Part shown: positions 10,622-23,544 of the stretch, one piece after another | Layout: the number at the start of each line of letters is the position of its first letter | Position numbering within the stretch: the first letter of the stretch is position 1 | Assembly (NCBI GenBank): GCA_051530055.1 | Contig: CM121342.1 | Span: forward strand, 4,525,489-4,589,488 | Direction: 5' to 3' | From: Neoechinorhynchus agilis | Taxonomy: Eukaryota; Animalia; Acanthocephala | DNA: 64,000 bases | Made by a program: the position numbers and the translations under genes | Notes under the pieces: model-generated | The model's input: only the letters and a program-made list of their open reading frames with translations | The model's database searches: none | Told to the model about the DNA's origin: nothing

Positions 10622-12900
10622 CTAATAATCCACTTTCTCAACGCAGTAGTTATTGAAGAATAATGCCCACTAAAGAGAAAATTGATGAAATTCAAAAAAA
10701 TTTAAGTGTCGATATGCGAACGGGTTTATAGACATATTTCATATGTTTGGCATACTTGAGACAATCTTCTTTTGAAAATAGAGGTTTATCCTTCAATTCC
10801 GGAGCCTTTTGATGGGAAAATTAGTTTTTTTAATCGAAACCTGAAACGCAGAAACCGTCTCACGCATATGCTGAATTCCAGGCAGAAACGGAAACCATAA
10901 TCGGCAAAGTGCTAACAAAAGTTCTCCCTTCTAAATACATTTTGGTTCAGCTGACAAAAAAGCTTCATTCAATTTGCATACCATTGGATGTATAGAAGAG
11001 ATGAAGTGCGATACGTGGTAGCAAGTATTTGAACCAAAGCGGTCGATTTCCTCTTGGAGCGGCGCGTATTCCACTTGACACCATCCTTCTACGTATTCCT
11101 GGGACTAAATGATGAAGGGAAACTTCAAATGGATAAAGGACATAACGATATAATCCTTTTTTTTGAAAAATTGGTTAATGTCCAATGAATAGTGGATATT
11201 CCGTAGGACTAACAAAAATTTGGATCAACCATTTAATCTGTATAATACTTATAAGAAGTATAAAAGGATTTATTTTGGTACTTATACCATCCTTCGGATT
11301 TAAATTGACAAAATTTATTTCCAATATTTCATGTCGGATAATTCAAAATCGCAAGAAAACAACTTACAAACAATGACAAACTTTGGGAAAATGTCGAGGA
11401 TTTAAATTGACAACATTTATTTCCAATATTTCATGTCGGATAATTCAAAATCGCAAGAAAACAACTTACAAACAATGACAAACTTTGGGAAAATGTCGAG
11501 GATTTAAATTGACAAAATTTATTTCCAATATTTCATGTCGGATAATTCAGAATCGCAAGAAAACAACTTACAAACAATGACAAACTTCGGGAAATGTTGG
11601 AATTAAGGACATATCCGTAATAAATTATTCAAATCTAAAGGGCGATATAACTACCGAAAATATAATAGGACTTTGTTCATTTTTAGCTCAATAATTTAAA
11701 ATTCTAACATGTTTAATTTCCTAAAAAAAGAATTTAATATGTTAGCGATATTATTAAAACGCTTACAGGAAAACTGAATGTGTTGAAAAAATAAAAAAAT
11801 TATGCAAAATATAGCTAACGCTTGTTTTGGAAAAAGAATATTGGAAACTGTAGATTTTTATTATAAACTTGTGATTAAATTCAAAATGCCTAAGAAAAAG
11901 TATGGAGGATTTTTCGGTTCAATAGTATTCTGCGAATGGTTTACCAAATGTGCATAGTCGATTCTTCGCCATGGAGTGTCTTTATAAAAGTTCCCAATCA
12001 ACTTATCGCATTCTATTCTACGTCGAATCAATTCATTCTTACAAATACTGGTCAAAAAGCGAACGTAGATACAAATGGACTTACAATGCTCAATTGTTTT
12101 ATATAAAATCCATAATTTCCGTACTTCATGGGCTAAAAACAACACAAATCTTATTTTAAGGTTTTTTACTGGCAAGCCGGTTTGTTTCATATCATCATCA
12201 AATTTTAGTTTGTTAAAAAAAGCCGGGTAAGAGGAGACAAACTAAAATTTAATGATGAAATCTCATTTTTTGTGTGATTTTTAAGCATTACCTGTCCATA
12301 TTGGCCGAATTCTGTCATGCAGTAATGATTTATCAAGGCCCTGTGCTACTTTTTCGTTCAATATAAAGTCACCTAAGGAGTTCAATGACTCACTATAGTT
12401 TTTAAATCATTGGCCATAAGCAAAATCTCCTTACACAAAGTCAGAAGATCGCTATCATTGAGCTATAAAGTTTAGCGCATTAAAAAAATATTATGATCAG
12501 CTCTTACAAAACATGGTCGATTCAAAAATATACCGTCAATTGGATCTGGTTGATCTAAAGTGGCTTCTGTACTTTCTAATGATACTTTTGAACTTAACAA
12601 GAAAATAAATGCACAAAGCATATCGCTGTCAAATATCTTAAATTTTGATGCGCCGATTGGCATGGCGACCGGAGGCAAAAATCCCGGAATATAGAAAATG
12701 GTGGAATTTTTTAAACTAGTTAAAATTAAAGACGTACGTCTTCCACTGCTAAATGTGATACACACTTCTTATTGGAAACCATAGCAAACAAATTCGCTAC
12801 TAGAGGAAGCCTCTAAAAAATAATGGAATCTTGGAGGTGTGGTTTCAAAAGAGGAAATCGAGAAGCCCTTTGTTTGAATTCAAGTTTCAAAACTTTGACC
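10622..12900 (-). CDS. Uncharacterised multi-exon gene (model uncertain)
   Basis: GT-AG bounded open blocks read ..DRIRPIWT/AHEVRKLWILYK.., ECDKLIGNFYKDTPWRRIDYAHL, EYVEGWCQVEYAPLQEEIDRF../KGELLLALCRLWFPF../APELKDKPLF. No family recognised. Confidence 0.45.
11296..11600. repeat. Tandem repeat, about 102-bp unit, 3 copies
   Basis: ggatttaaattgaca at about 11296, 11398 and 11500. Confidence 0.9.
12160..12262. mobile_element. Short inverted-repeat element (family shared with 49700-50020)
   Basis: tcatcatcaaattttagtttgt ... acaaactaaaatttaatgatga. Confidence 0.6.
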
Positions 12901-12959
12901 TTGTTTGTTTAGATAATTGTTGAATTTAATCGATTCTCATCGATATCCAAAGTTCTAAA

Positions 12960-13600
12960 TTTTGAACGTTTAAGGATTACTTCAGATTTAGGACATCCCC
13001 CCTCGGCTTTTTAGTTTTTATTCTTTGCGTGAAGCCAAGCCGATCTCTTATATATTAGAGAAGTGGTTGAAGCACTTAGACTCTCAAAAACTTACGGTAA
13101 AGAGTTTGTACAAATCCCGCCGGATCCTCAGATACCTACCAATGAGTCGGGACTCATCAATGAGTTTCCTCATCCCTTCAACGAGGTATTTCGTCCTTTC
13201 TTGTTGTGCGCCATTGGTGATCATGGGATTCAGGGTTTAAGTCCACTTGACCTCCTCAAGCCTTTTATATTGATTCAAATTATTACATCCCTTCCTCGGC
13301 TATCCCTGTTTCAGGGTCAAAAGGGTTCAATATCTACACTTGTTGTTGACTAACAACCAAATAGGACGAAATACCTCGTTGAATGGAAGAGGAAACTCAC
13401 TGATGGCTATCGTCTCCTCCTCAGGAGATATCTGAGGATCCTTAGAGATGAGAGTCTAAGTGATTCAATCACTTCTTTGATGTAAGAGGTCTGTTTGACT
13501 GTATACCAAGGAAAACTAAAAAACCGAAGGGGAGATGTCCCAAAAATTTGAATCAATAGAATCGGCTTGCCAGTAAGATTTAAGAAGTTTAGGATTAGAT
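12960..13600. mobile_element. Two diverged, head-to-head copies of the hammerhead-core repeat
   Basis: 12960-13262 (minus) and about 13300-13600 (plus) align as inverted copies. Both carry GGACGAAATACCTC..CTCA(C/T)TGATG..TATCTGAGGATCC. Confidence 0.7.
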
Positions 13601-13684
13601 TTCAAAAATGTAACGGAGTATTCAGTTTCGGACGAAGTCCCTAACTTTCTTTCACGATGATCGGACTTGATGTTACTGATTCTT

Positions 13685-16600
13685 GTCGGTCACGTAAAAG
13701 AAGCAGCTCCGGCGGCCAGACAGCTACTGTCAACGCTGGGTCGGTGTGCTGCTCCAATTGGTGATGCGGCAGCGAACGGGAGCAACAAAATCCACCAGTG
13801 CAACGGGAAATAGCGAGGGCGTCGTAGCTCTCGCCGACGACTTGAACGTCGAAATGAGCGAAACTGTCGCCGGAGGCAACGAAAGCGTCAGTCGAAGCTA
13901 ATCACCGTGATGGGTACGGACTGTTCAGGTGGCGCTGACAGCCGTGAGCCCTTCGGCCCAGCTATTTCAAATAGAAGAGGACTACGAATCTGATTCTTGA
14001 ATTGTAGGAGTCTGCGAGCGCAATGGCGTAGGGGAACCCTGGCCAAATTGGCAAGGGACGCCAGAATGGATATTGTGTTTTTACAAGAATTGCGCATAAG
14101 AAGCCAGTCAGACACAGACGTAAATCAGGAGGATTTAGGAGGAGGCTGGTCATTATCTTACCTATCTGCGGACGCGGAAATGGAGGTGTAGGCGCTTGTT
14201 TATCACCCCGCCTCCGAAACTCAGCACTATGCAGTATTATAACTGACCGAATCCTTCGTGTCAGCATAAAGCTCCGGTTGAGAAATCTCTATGCTTTTGG
14301 CGTATATTCACCGACCTCTTCGTCGGATGAAGAGGCGGTTGAAGGATTTTATGGAAATCTAGCCGAAGCATTAGATGATGTACCGAACAGAGACACCCTC
14401 CTAATTGCCGGTGACTTCAACGCGATTTTACCACATTCCAAAGGATCGCTATATGTGTTGAAAGGCGAGAATCGGAACAGCCGGTACTTTTTTGAGGCGC
14501 TGGAGCGGCATGATATCGTGTCTGTTAACACTTTATTCCGGAAGCGTCCGTGGCGTTTGGCGACGTTTATGGGTCAAAAGTATCCGTCCAAACATGCCAT
14601 GGGAAAAATCCCGAGACGCTTAGCTCAGCTTGACCATGTATTTTTGATACGTAGGGAAAAATGCCGGGTCAAAAACGCTGACACATTCACAGTTGATGGG
14701 CTGCCAACCGACCACAAGTTGGTGATGTGTCAGTTGAGCATGAGTGACTCGTTGTTCCGTACGCCTCAACATCCTCCACGTCCGTTCTATGGCGCCCTCG
14801 CTAATGAAGAGAAGAGGAAAGAGTTCGATATCGAACTAGAGAATCAACTGAGCTCGATGCCAGCTGCTGAAACGGATATTGATTTTTATTACAAGTCAAT
14901 CTGCGACGCAGTGACCGAAGCAGCCGAAAAAACCCTCCCAAAAATGAGGCGTATAAAAGCTGCAAAGGTTATATGGCAGGAGGACTGTGAATTTATGGCA
15001 ATGGCTGAGCAGATCGAAACTCTAAGAAAAAGAGGAAAACGATCTGAGGCTCGCATTGCAAGTCTTGAACATGCCAACCTCTATAATGAAAAGCAAAAGG
15101 CTTCGATAGAAGATGCAGTTCGCGGGATCGCATATAAGGGAGGTTTTGTTCGTACCTCCTTAGCATGGAGAGCGATAAACACTCTCACAAGAATATCCCA
15201 AAGACAGCCAACTTTGATTGAAGGTCTCTCCCCGGAAATCAGAAAAAAGAGAATCGCAAATTATTTTGCGGAAATTCTCAATTCGCCATTATCGTCTTTG
15301 GAAGTGAGTCCTGCACTTCCAAAAGACACAATCGTCCCAAGCACTGAGGCATACTTTACTGGACCGATTTCCGTAAGGGAAGCGATCGCTGCGGCGAAAA
15401 TGATGCGTGCGGGACGTGCATCAGGCCCAGATGGGATAATGGCAGAGGTACTGAGGTTGGAATCTATTGCCAGAAAAATCATACCGATAATGAATGGCAT
15501 AATGAATGGTGGCTCAGTACCTCAAATCTGACAAACGGCGCATTTAACAATGATCCCCAAGAAATGCTGCTCGACAAAGGTGGAGGACTACAGAGGTATA
15601 TCCCTGATGTCCAACACGGCAAAACTTTTCGGCAGCATTCTGAGACGCCGAATTCAGCCAATCCTCGAACCGTTTCTAAGAATTGAACAGAACGGCTTCA
15701 TGAAAGGTCGAGGCACCACAGAGCACATATTGGCGTTGAGGAGGATCCTCGAGGAGGCACGAATTCATCAAACGGATGTGACGTTGGTATTTGTTGATTT
15801 CCGTCGAGCTTTCGATTCGGTAAATCGAACGATGATTGGCGGTATCTTAAAGGAGTATGGAGTGTCGCCGATCATTGCCACATCCGTTATGGCATTATAT
15901 AAAAACACTAGGTCCGCCGTAAAGACAGCTGACGGTTTGACAGAATACTTTTCCACCACTTCAGGTGTTCCGCAGGGGACACATTGGCTCCTTTCCTCTT
16001 CATCTTGGTGCTTGATTGGGTAATGAGATGGGCACTACCGAATGATAAAGGTGGATTTCTTCTGTTGAGGAAAATAGGTCGTAGGTATCCTAAGATACAC
16101 GCCTCCTACATGGCATATGCCGACGACATCGTATTGATGTCCTCAACAGTCGAAGGAGCTCAACGCATGCTAAATAGACTGTGCGAGAGGGCGAGTATGA
16201 TTGGTCTGATTATCAACTCGAAAAAGACGGAATTCTTGACGATTCCGCATGTCGCGCATACAGTCTCTGGCGAAGGGCCGAATGGCGTTGGGCAATTAAA
16301 ACAGATAGAGCGGTATGTCTATCTGGGAGCTGTCGTTCTTGAGGTAAGTACGGATGTCAGCCGACGGAGAGCTATAGCTTGGAGAGCAATGGGGCAACTT
16401 AAGCCACTGTTTGACAGTGAGTCTTTGCCAGACGAACTCCGTTCGCAGCTGTTCAGGACTCTAATTGAGAGCATTCTCTACTACAATGCAGAGACCTGGA
16501 CACTGTCATCAATGGTGACGAGGCAGTTGGGCCAAAATCATTCATCTCTCTTACGTGCGGCGTTCAAGGTCAGATGGTCAGATAAAGTGACCAACAAAGC

Positions 16601-16775
16601 ACACTATAAGAGAGCCGGAGTCCAACCGCCGAGTGAATATTTGCGCCACAGACGACTACAGTTCACGGGCAATATAATTCGGCCCGAGGCATCTAACGCA
16701 CAGGTCGTGCAACAGTTCCTTTTCTGGAAGCCAACGACATTGTATCGTAAAGGCAAAGGGTCGTGTATTTTAGAT
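13685..16775 (+). mobile_element. Decayed RTE-like non-LTR retrotransposon (APE + RT), 3'-truncated
   Basis: APE motifs LRI*FLNCRSL, FLQELR, GVYSPT, IAGDFNA, LDHVFL, TDHKLV. RT motifs ASGPDGI, YRGISL, FVDFRRAFDSV, GVPQG/TLAPFLF, YADD. Stops at about 13989 and 15529, frameshifts at about 14185 and 15975. Confidence 0.9.
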
Positions 16776-16891
16776 CCCTTGCGGAGTCTAATTCTATTTG
16801 ACGGGCTTATACCTACGGTGCAACGTGGAAAGTACGGTTGCATACAACAACATACAACACCAACAACTTTAAGCTTTTAATTAAACAAAAG

Positions 16892-17707
16892 TCATTGATC
16901 TCCAAACAAACTGAACGATCCACATGACTCGCATTCAACAAACGGTTCACAATAAATGGCCATGCACGACCGGCACAGATAGCAAATGTTGGCGGCGACA
17001 TTGTGGCAAAAGCAAGTTGGAGTGATCGTCCTTGCGGTAATGTTCATGCCACTTTCTTTGTCCTGCTGAGTTGTACAAAGCTTCGTGGGGCATAAAACGG
17101 TAGTCAAAAGGTCTGACCAAAGTCCGTCAAGTGAGCGAAAGCACAAAAAAACTCCAGAAGTTAAAGAAGATGCTTGCTTAAACATCGTCTCCATTTCTTC
17201 TTCCTTGGAGTTTTGTTTTGGAATTGAAGCTTGTAAAAGGATCGTGTCCGTTGGAATCGAGAGCTTCTCACATGAGAACGCACAGTTGAAGAAATCCATT
17301 TGTCGGACGTAGAACTCGGAACCGGGGACGATGAGTATTATCCTTTTTTTGGCGTTACGGCGATGAGCAGGATGCGATTGGAAATGAAGTGTTGATTTGA
17401 TCATTGCTCGGATTAGACCTTTGTTGTAGGCGGTAACATCGGTTGAGTTTCGGTGGTCGTCGATAAATGTGTCAAGTTTTGCTTGGAGCTCTTCTTTGGA
17501 CTCAGTCAAAAATCCTCTGGATGCGGTTAGAGGGAGACAGGTATTGCGAAATGTGAGATAAACCACTGTTCGGTTCAACTCACTGCATGCAATAAATGCA
17601 TCGTTGAACATACAAAGCTGATCAATGAGTTCTCGGAGTTTGAACTTTCGGTCGGCTGCGTACCAGAACGCTATTTCACAATTCACGACGATTGCAAGGG
17701 AGGTCAT
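16892..17707 (-). CDS. GTF2H3: TFIIH subunit p34/Tfb4, intronless, copy A
   Basis: N-terminal LAIVVN, QMDFFNCAFSCEKLSIPTD, FKQASSLTSGVF, and C-terminal zinc finger CFCH..CYLCRSCMAIYC..CESC. Confidence 0.85.
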   Translation of the reverse strand: MTSLAIVVNCEIAFWYAADRKFKLRELIDQLCMFNDAFIACSELNRTVVYLTFRNTCLPLTASRGFLTESKEELQAKLDTFIDDHRNSTDVTAYNKGLIRAMIKSTLHFQSHPAHRRNAKKRIILIVPGSEFYVRQMDFFNCAFSCEKLSIPTDTILLQASIPKQNSKEEEMETMFKQASSLTSGVFLCFRSLDGLWSDLLTTVLCPTKLCTTQQDKESGMNITARTITPTCFCHNVAANICYLCRSCMAIYCEPFVECESCGSFSLFGDQ

Positions 17708-17827
17708 CTCAGGCTTTCTTTTTGTATCTAAAAAATCAACGAGTTTGCATTAAAAAGAATTTTCATCTACATATTCTTTGGAGGATCGAAAACTTAATTG
17801 GAATCCGTAATCTTCATTTTAAATCAT

Positions 17828-18642
17828 TTACTGAATATATAAAAAAATGAAAGTCTTTAGGTTTTCGGGTTCAGTACGACTAAGCGGATTGGAGAGTTCA
17901 ATGCAACCTCTAAAACCAGCCGATAGAGCGCTTTGACATAAGTTGAGCATTTGAATGTAGCTGGCAGGATACAGTTGAATTCCAACGCAAGGTGTTGGCG
18001 ACGGTGTACAAGTTGAAGTTTTAAGAATAATCGAAGCAGTATTGATTAGATGAATTGAATCCCCGTTCTCTAGAACCGTTTCCTAAAATAATTGCCATAA
18101 TACCTCAATCAATACTACTCAGTTCGTCTCATTGAACGCATGATATCCTCATAAGATGTCAAGTAATGTAACGCTGAAACCGATATAACAGCATCGATGG
18201 TTTGGGAACGGAATGCTCGAAGAATAGAAAAGCTCCCGACAATATAATCGCTAAGTTGCGTTGGAAGTTGCTTAGCGATTTGAAGAGCGTTTAGTCTGCA
18301 ATCTATTCCAATACTAAACATTGCTCGAAGGTGCTCGTGCTGGACGCCACACCCCAAATCGAGAATGTAGCCATTAGTGATCTTCATTTTCTTATCGGAA
18401 TCGATTTTCTAATTTATGACAAGTAAACGAAGACAAAAAGAGGAAAATTCGATTCAGGAAAGGATGTAACGATAGAGGTTAGATTGAACATCGATTATCC
18501 GAGGATCACAAATGTAAGAACACAAATTTGCCCAATGAATAGTACTTCTATCGATCAACCGTTGCCTTCGTCGCTCTTTGATCTTAAGCAATCGCCGCAG
18601 ATTTTCGATCGTGGCCAATTCAATCGCGAGTTTAGTCGCCAT
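17828..18642 (-). CDS. BUD23: BUD23/WBSCR22-like SAM methyltransferase, spliced
   Basis: PRIIDVQSNL, ILDLGCG, IDAVISVSALHYL, and last exon IQLYP..Q..ALSAGFRG. Start uncertain. Confidence 0.6.
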
Positions 18643-19233
18643 CTATTGAGAAATCAGGGAATTAGAACTCTTCAACGGCTCCGCCGAATCTCTCATCGCC
18701 GAAATAATATTCTTGTGCGTGTTTCAATTAAGCAATCATAGGATTCAGCGTAAATGATGAATTACTCGGCCTAACCTACTATTTTCCGACAGAAATCCAA
18801 AGTAAAAGGATTTTAAGAGCGTAAAAGTTGCAATCGATGACTGGAACAAACAATTAAGATTGGATTTTTCTAGACCTTTTATGACAAAACACCAATTTTT
18901 GGTCTCTTCTGTTAAAAAGCTCTCTCTCGTTTCGTTTAAAAATCGAAAATAAACAACAAGATTTAAGACGACTGGATGAACTAAATCACATGTAGGTTTC
19001 GGACGGCAGTTTGTTGATGAATCCCACGGATGTGTAAGACCGAAATTGTTTTGAAATAAAGATCATACCAGTTCTCTTTTTTTTCTATTTAAAAGAAACA
19101 TAAGATTAAAGAACTTGAATGTTGCGACAAATCGCTCGTTTTTTAATTATAATGATAAACCCAAAATATCCCAAACTTTGTTGCTGCTGATGATATTCCT
19201 CTAGCACGCTTCTCGTAATCGCTACATCCCACT

Positions 19234-21550
19234 TTATTTAAGGAATAAATTAAGCCTTTTCATCGCCAATCGGAAGTAATTCGGTAAAGGTGCCTGAATA
19301 AAAAGTGGTCTCGGTCTCAACCCAGCAGGAATAACGATTGATCTTGCATGGAGATAAACGGGAAGATGTCGCACTTTAGTCAGTGGAATGTTCAACGCTC
19401 CAGTGATTTGACTGCTGAGCTTTTGTGGAGCAAATTTGGCGAAATGAGAGTACTTGTGATCGCCCAGAAGAGGGCATTGAAGCACAAAAGCTAAATAATC
19501 GATTCTCGTTTACAGGTTCTTACTAATAAATCAAGAAACGATCTTCTTAAATGACTCCTGATTTGATGTTTAAATCCTTTTAAAAATTCACAGAACGTAA
19601 ATAGTCCAACAATAACCATTTCTCAAACCTGTATTCAGTTGCATGGTTAGAAGTGCTACATCGTTTCTTATATCGATAACTTTAAATCTTGTCAACGATC
19701 GATGTGTTTTGATTTGATTGTCGTTTGATGAGTATCGATCCATTAAACGGGATGCAGGTACTATTTTGTACCGCTTTTGTCCTTGTTCGTTCATGAATGC
19801 TTTTTCGGCAAGCGCAACGTCGATTTCGCCTATTTATCTTTTGATTTTCATAAAAAAAGACTCCAAAGATCTGAATACCTTCTAGAGGACTAGGAACACC
19901 TTTACTGATCCCAACGTACTCTTTTATTATCTGTTTGGTATGGAAGCACTCGCGCATCATTGCTTCAGCTTCCTTGTTGCTTTGCAAACAAAATTTCGGT
20001 TATCGTGAAAATCGACAAATGAAAGCTACTGACTATGCACATAAAAGTACTCCACTTGTTGATCGATCGAGTCTATGGACAATGTGAAGGAAATCAAAAT
20101 TGCTCTTAAGTTGAAAATGAGCATTCGAGCTAAGAGTTCGAAAATTCATACTATTTTCGCAAAAATCCCAGGATAGAAAGCGAGCTAAAGATGTAAAATG
20201 GTTTATAAAGAAATCAAAATCCCGGATTCGAAAATTCACTGATTTTGCGGAATTTTCCCCCGAGGTTTGTCATGCTACAATCCTAGGGGAAATGCCGACA
20301 TTATCCGATGAAAAATATTGGGGAAATAAATTAGTCAATTTAAAATACGAGAGCAATAGGAACAAACGAATTATCAGCCTAAAATCTAGAAATCACTTTG
20401 TAGGCTATTTTGTGTGACAAGATGACACCAAGGTGTTTGATCTACCAAAATTTTAAGTGTCATTGAACGAAAATGTGAATGGATACTAAGTAGTAATAAA
20501 ATTGATTAAATAACTAATGCAAAGGTGTGAGACTTTTAAGGCTTTTCAAATAAAAAATTAGGCTAAAAGGCGACCTTGCACACCTATCCTCTCGTGAATT
20601 TGGCTTTTTACTATGTAAAATGAAAAGTAAACGAAAAAAAACACATTGTTGTGCCTATCTAAACTTATTAAGGAGCTAAACGTCGTTCAATGCTCATTTT
20701 CCGATATGAAGAGATGCAAGCCGATCTGCCAAGTATGGAAATGCGTGAGTAACGCTTTTTTTGATTCCCGGGCCGCCTAAATGCATTATTGGTCTATTTA
20801 ACAAAAAAATAAGCTCCAAATACCAATAGTCGATAATCCGTACGGCTTATTGATCGCCAGAATTCCGTCTAAAAATGAGCGCTTTGAATGAACATGATCC
20901 GCATTGTTCATACCGTTTAAGTAACAAATTCTATCGATGAGCATATCCGTAAGTTCACTCATTGTCATATGCTCAAATGAACGTTGATCAGGAAGATCAA
21001 GCGATTTCCGGTGATTGGTTTGATGTGATCGATTTTGGTTTCTAGGCATGATTTTGGTTGCTTTGATTCGTTCAGTCTCGGGATTAAAAGACACGGGACA
21101 AGTATCAATATCCACTTTTACTACACCAATCACTGGCTTTGAGACTTCTCTTTGATCGTCCGCAAATTTACGCGGACCCGTCCCCTTTTGACCATTGATT
21201 ATATCGATTGGTTTCGGTTCTCTCAAGTTATCGGTTCCTATGAGTTCTTCAGAACACAAAGTTAACTGCCGGCAATCATTTTGATCATCAATTTTGGTAA
21301 CGAAATCATCAGTTGAGCTAAAACCAATACCGAAATAGTCTCCTCTCGCACTCCGGTCAACCATTTCTTTTAAAAGATGCTTTTCACGTTCCGAATGTTT
21401 ATCCGGACTGTATTTGTTTATTAACAAAAAAGTTTGACGATCCTGTTCACCAACAGGTTTTGTTGATCGCTTGTCTAATCGAATAATGGCAAAACTCGAG
21501 TCAATGATTTCTTCTTTTCCACTCAGGAGCTGAATCGCTGGTGCTTTCAT
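19234..21550 (-). CDS. RPUSD4: Mitochondrial RluA-family pseudouridine synthase, spliced
   Basis: LAINKPYGL, HRLDRSTSGVLL, KEYVGISKGVP, CPLLGDHKYSHFAKFAPQKL, LHARSIVIP. Confidence 0.85.
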
Positions 21551-22429
21551 CTCTACAAAAAGAAGTGTTTGAATTATTCATGTTTGTTTATGGCGAAAAA
21601 TTGATAAAAAGATCCAATAAAATTCCTTCAATTTTTAACTGCCATCAACAAAAAAAATCAATTTTCAATTGAAACTTTTCCTTTAGGATTATACAAAAAA
21701 ATATTGCAATTGTAAAGAAGTTGTTAATGTAGCCAAATTTTGTTTTTTATGATTGAAAAAATAGCGATTAATTGATTCTTTTTCATACAATTTTCCCTAT
21801 GGTTAGGACTTCAGATCTAAAAGACTGATCTCTATTTTCTCAATCACCAATCAAAATATTGCAATTAACCAATGGACTCCAGTGGATCGACGTCATCTTA
21901 AAAATATGGAATTCTTCTTGCCACTTTTACGTAATTGGCGTATTGAAGCAAAAATCCTGCGATTGAACTATTTTGTAGCGAATTATTAATTGATAATTAT
22001 TGACCTTCGCGTAGACCTTCTTTAGTCTATTGATTGTTGCCGAAAATTATCAAAAATAAATCAATTATTTGATAATTTTTTCGTGTGATTTAGATATTCT
22101 TTACTCTCTCAGAAATTTAAGATCAAATAATTACAGGCTTTCCTAATCTCTACTAGCAGTTCTTTACACTGGATTAATTACACGAATATATCTGCATATA
22201 ACCAAAAATCAATAAAATCGATAAATTTGAAAGAAACAAAAAGCGTTTAAACCTTTTTCCATTTAAATTGCGCACAAAACAATTAAGATCTTTTTGGTGT
22301 TTTTAAGAATCGTTCAATAACGGTTTCACTATTTCGATCGAGCTTTCTAATTGTTTTATTTTTTTTACTTTCTTGTAAATTTATTTGATTCTATTTCGCT
22401 AATCACAGCTAACATTAGGCCCTTTAGAT

Positions 22430-22765
22430 GTCATCCGGACGCTGGCAGCGTTCCCACGCTGGACCGCCAGACTCAAGTTTTGTCGCAAGAAAGTGATTTA
22501 CTGCGGCTCTTTACCCAGTTCAATCACGAATTCCGCTGCGGCCTTTCCAAATGCCCGTCTCGACTCCGAAAGGCAGGAATAAAAACTGAGAGGCTAACTC
22601 ATGATACTTCACGGTCCAACGTTCCTCCGCTCTCGTTGCCGCGGCTCCTGCGCCTGCTGCTTGCCAGCGTATCGACGCATGTTGCGTCCCATATTTGGCA
22701 TCTGCCACGTGACGAGCGGCAGAGATTATTTGGCTCCAGGATGCAGGGCACATGATCGATCCCAG
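22430..22765 (-). mobile_element. CRE-like LINE 3' fragment
   Basis: Minus strand encodes CVDTLA..FLRQNLSLAVQRGNAASV, with frameshifts. Confidence 0.7.
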
Positions 22766-22805
22766 AGCTCGACTTATGATAGCATTGATTTCAGCATGGC
22801 GGGGA

Positions 22806-23415
22806 AAGGCAAAAATATTAGTGAATCGATTGCCAATCGAAAAAAATTGCATCTAAAAAATATCGGCAAAAATATTAGTGAATCGATTGCCAATCGAAAA
22901 AAATCGCATTTAAAAGCTATCGGCAAAAATATAAGACGATTGATTGCCAATCGAAAAAACTCGCATTTAAAAAATATCGGCAAAAATATTAGTTAATTGA
23001 TTGCAAGTCGAAAAAAATTGCATCTAAAAAAATTTCGGCAAAAATATTAGTGAATGGTTGCAAATCGAAAAATACTCGCATTTTAAAAATATCGGCAAAA
23101 ATATTAATGCATTGATTGCCAATCGAAAAAGATCGCATTTAAAAAATACTTATTGGCAAAAATATTAGTACATTGATTGCCAATCGAAAAAAATCGCATT
23201 TAAAAGATATCGGTAAAAATATTAGTGAATCGATTGCCAATCGAAAAAAATCGCATTTAAAAGATATCGGTAAAAATATTAGTGAATCGATTGCCAATCG
23301 AAAATAGTGCATTTAAAAAATATCGGCAAAAATATTAGCGAATTGATTGTCAGTCGAAAATAGTGCATTTAAAAAATATCGGCAAAAATATTAGCGAATT
23401 GATTGTCAGTCAAAA
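22806..23415. repeat. Minisatellite, about 57-bp unit, about 10-11 diverged copies
   Basis: ggcaaaaatattagtgaatcgattgccaatcgaaaaaaat(t/c)gcat repeated. Confidence 0.92.
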
Positions 23416-23544
23416 AACTTCCACAACGAGACTGAAACGACTACATTTTTTTAATTCGAATCTTTTTTAGCAAGTTGTAAAGAAATTAATCATTATTGTT
23501 TCAATTTCAATTAGCGATATTCACTCAGAAATAGATCGATATAT

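Noticed and set aside
13480-13512. FDVRGLFDCIP resembling a Penelope RT motif
   Set aside because: Isolated, not in an open frame, and not preserved in the inverted homologous copy at about 13030-13075.
15529-15531. TGA at a Trp position in the RTE RT, suggesting TGA=Trp recoding
   Set aside because: The element has other stops and frameshifts. Host genes use TGG for Trp and TGA as a stop (for example EDF1).
22601-22996. ORF ending in KNISESIANRKK repeats
   Set aside because: Read-through from a CRE fragment into the 57-bp minisatellite.
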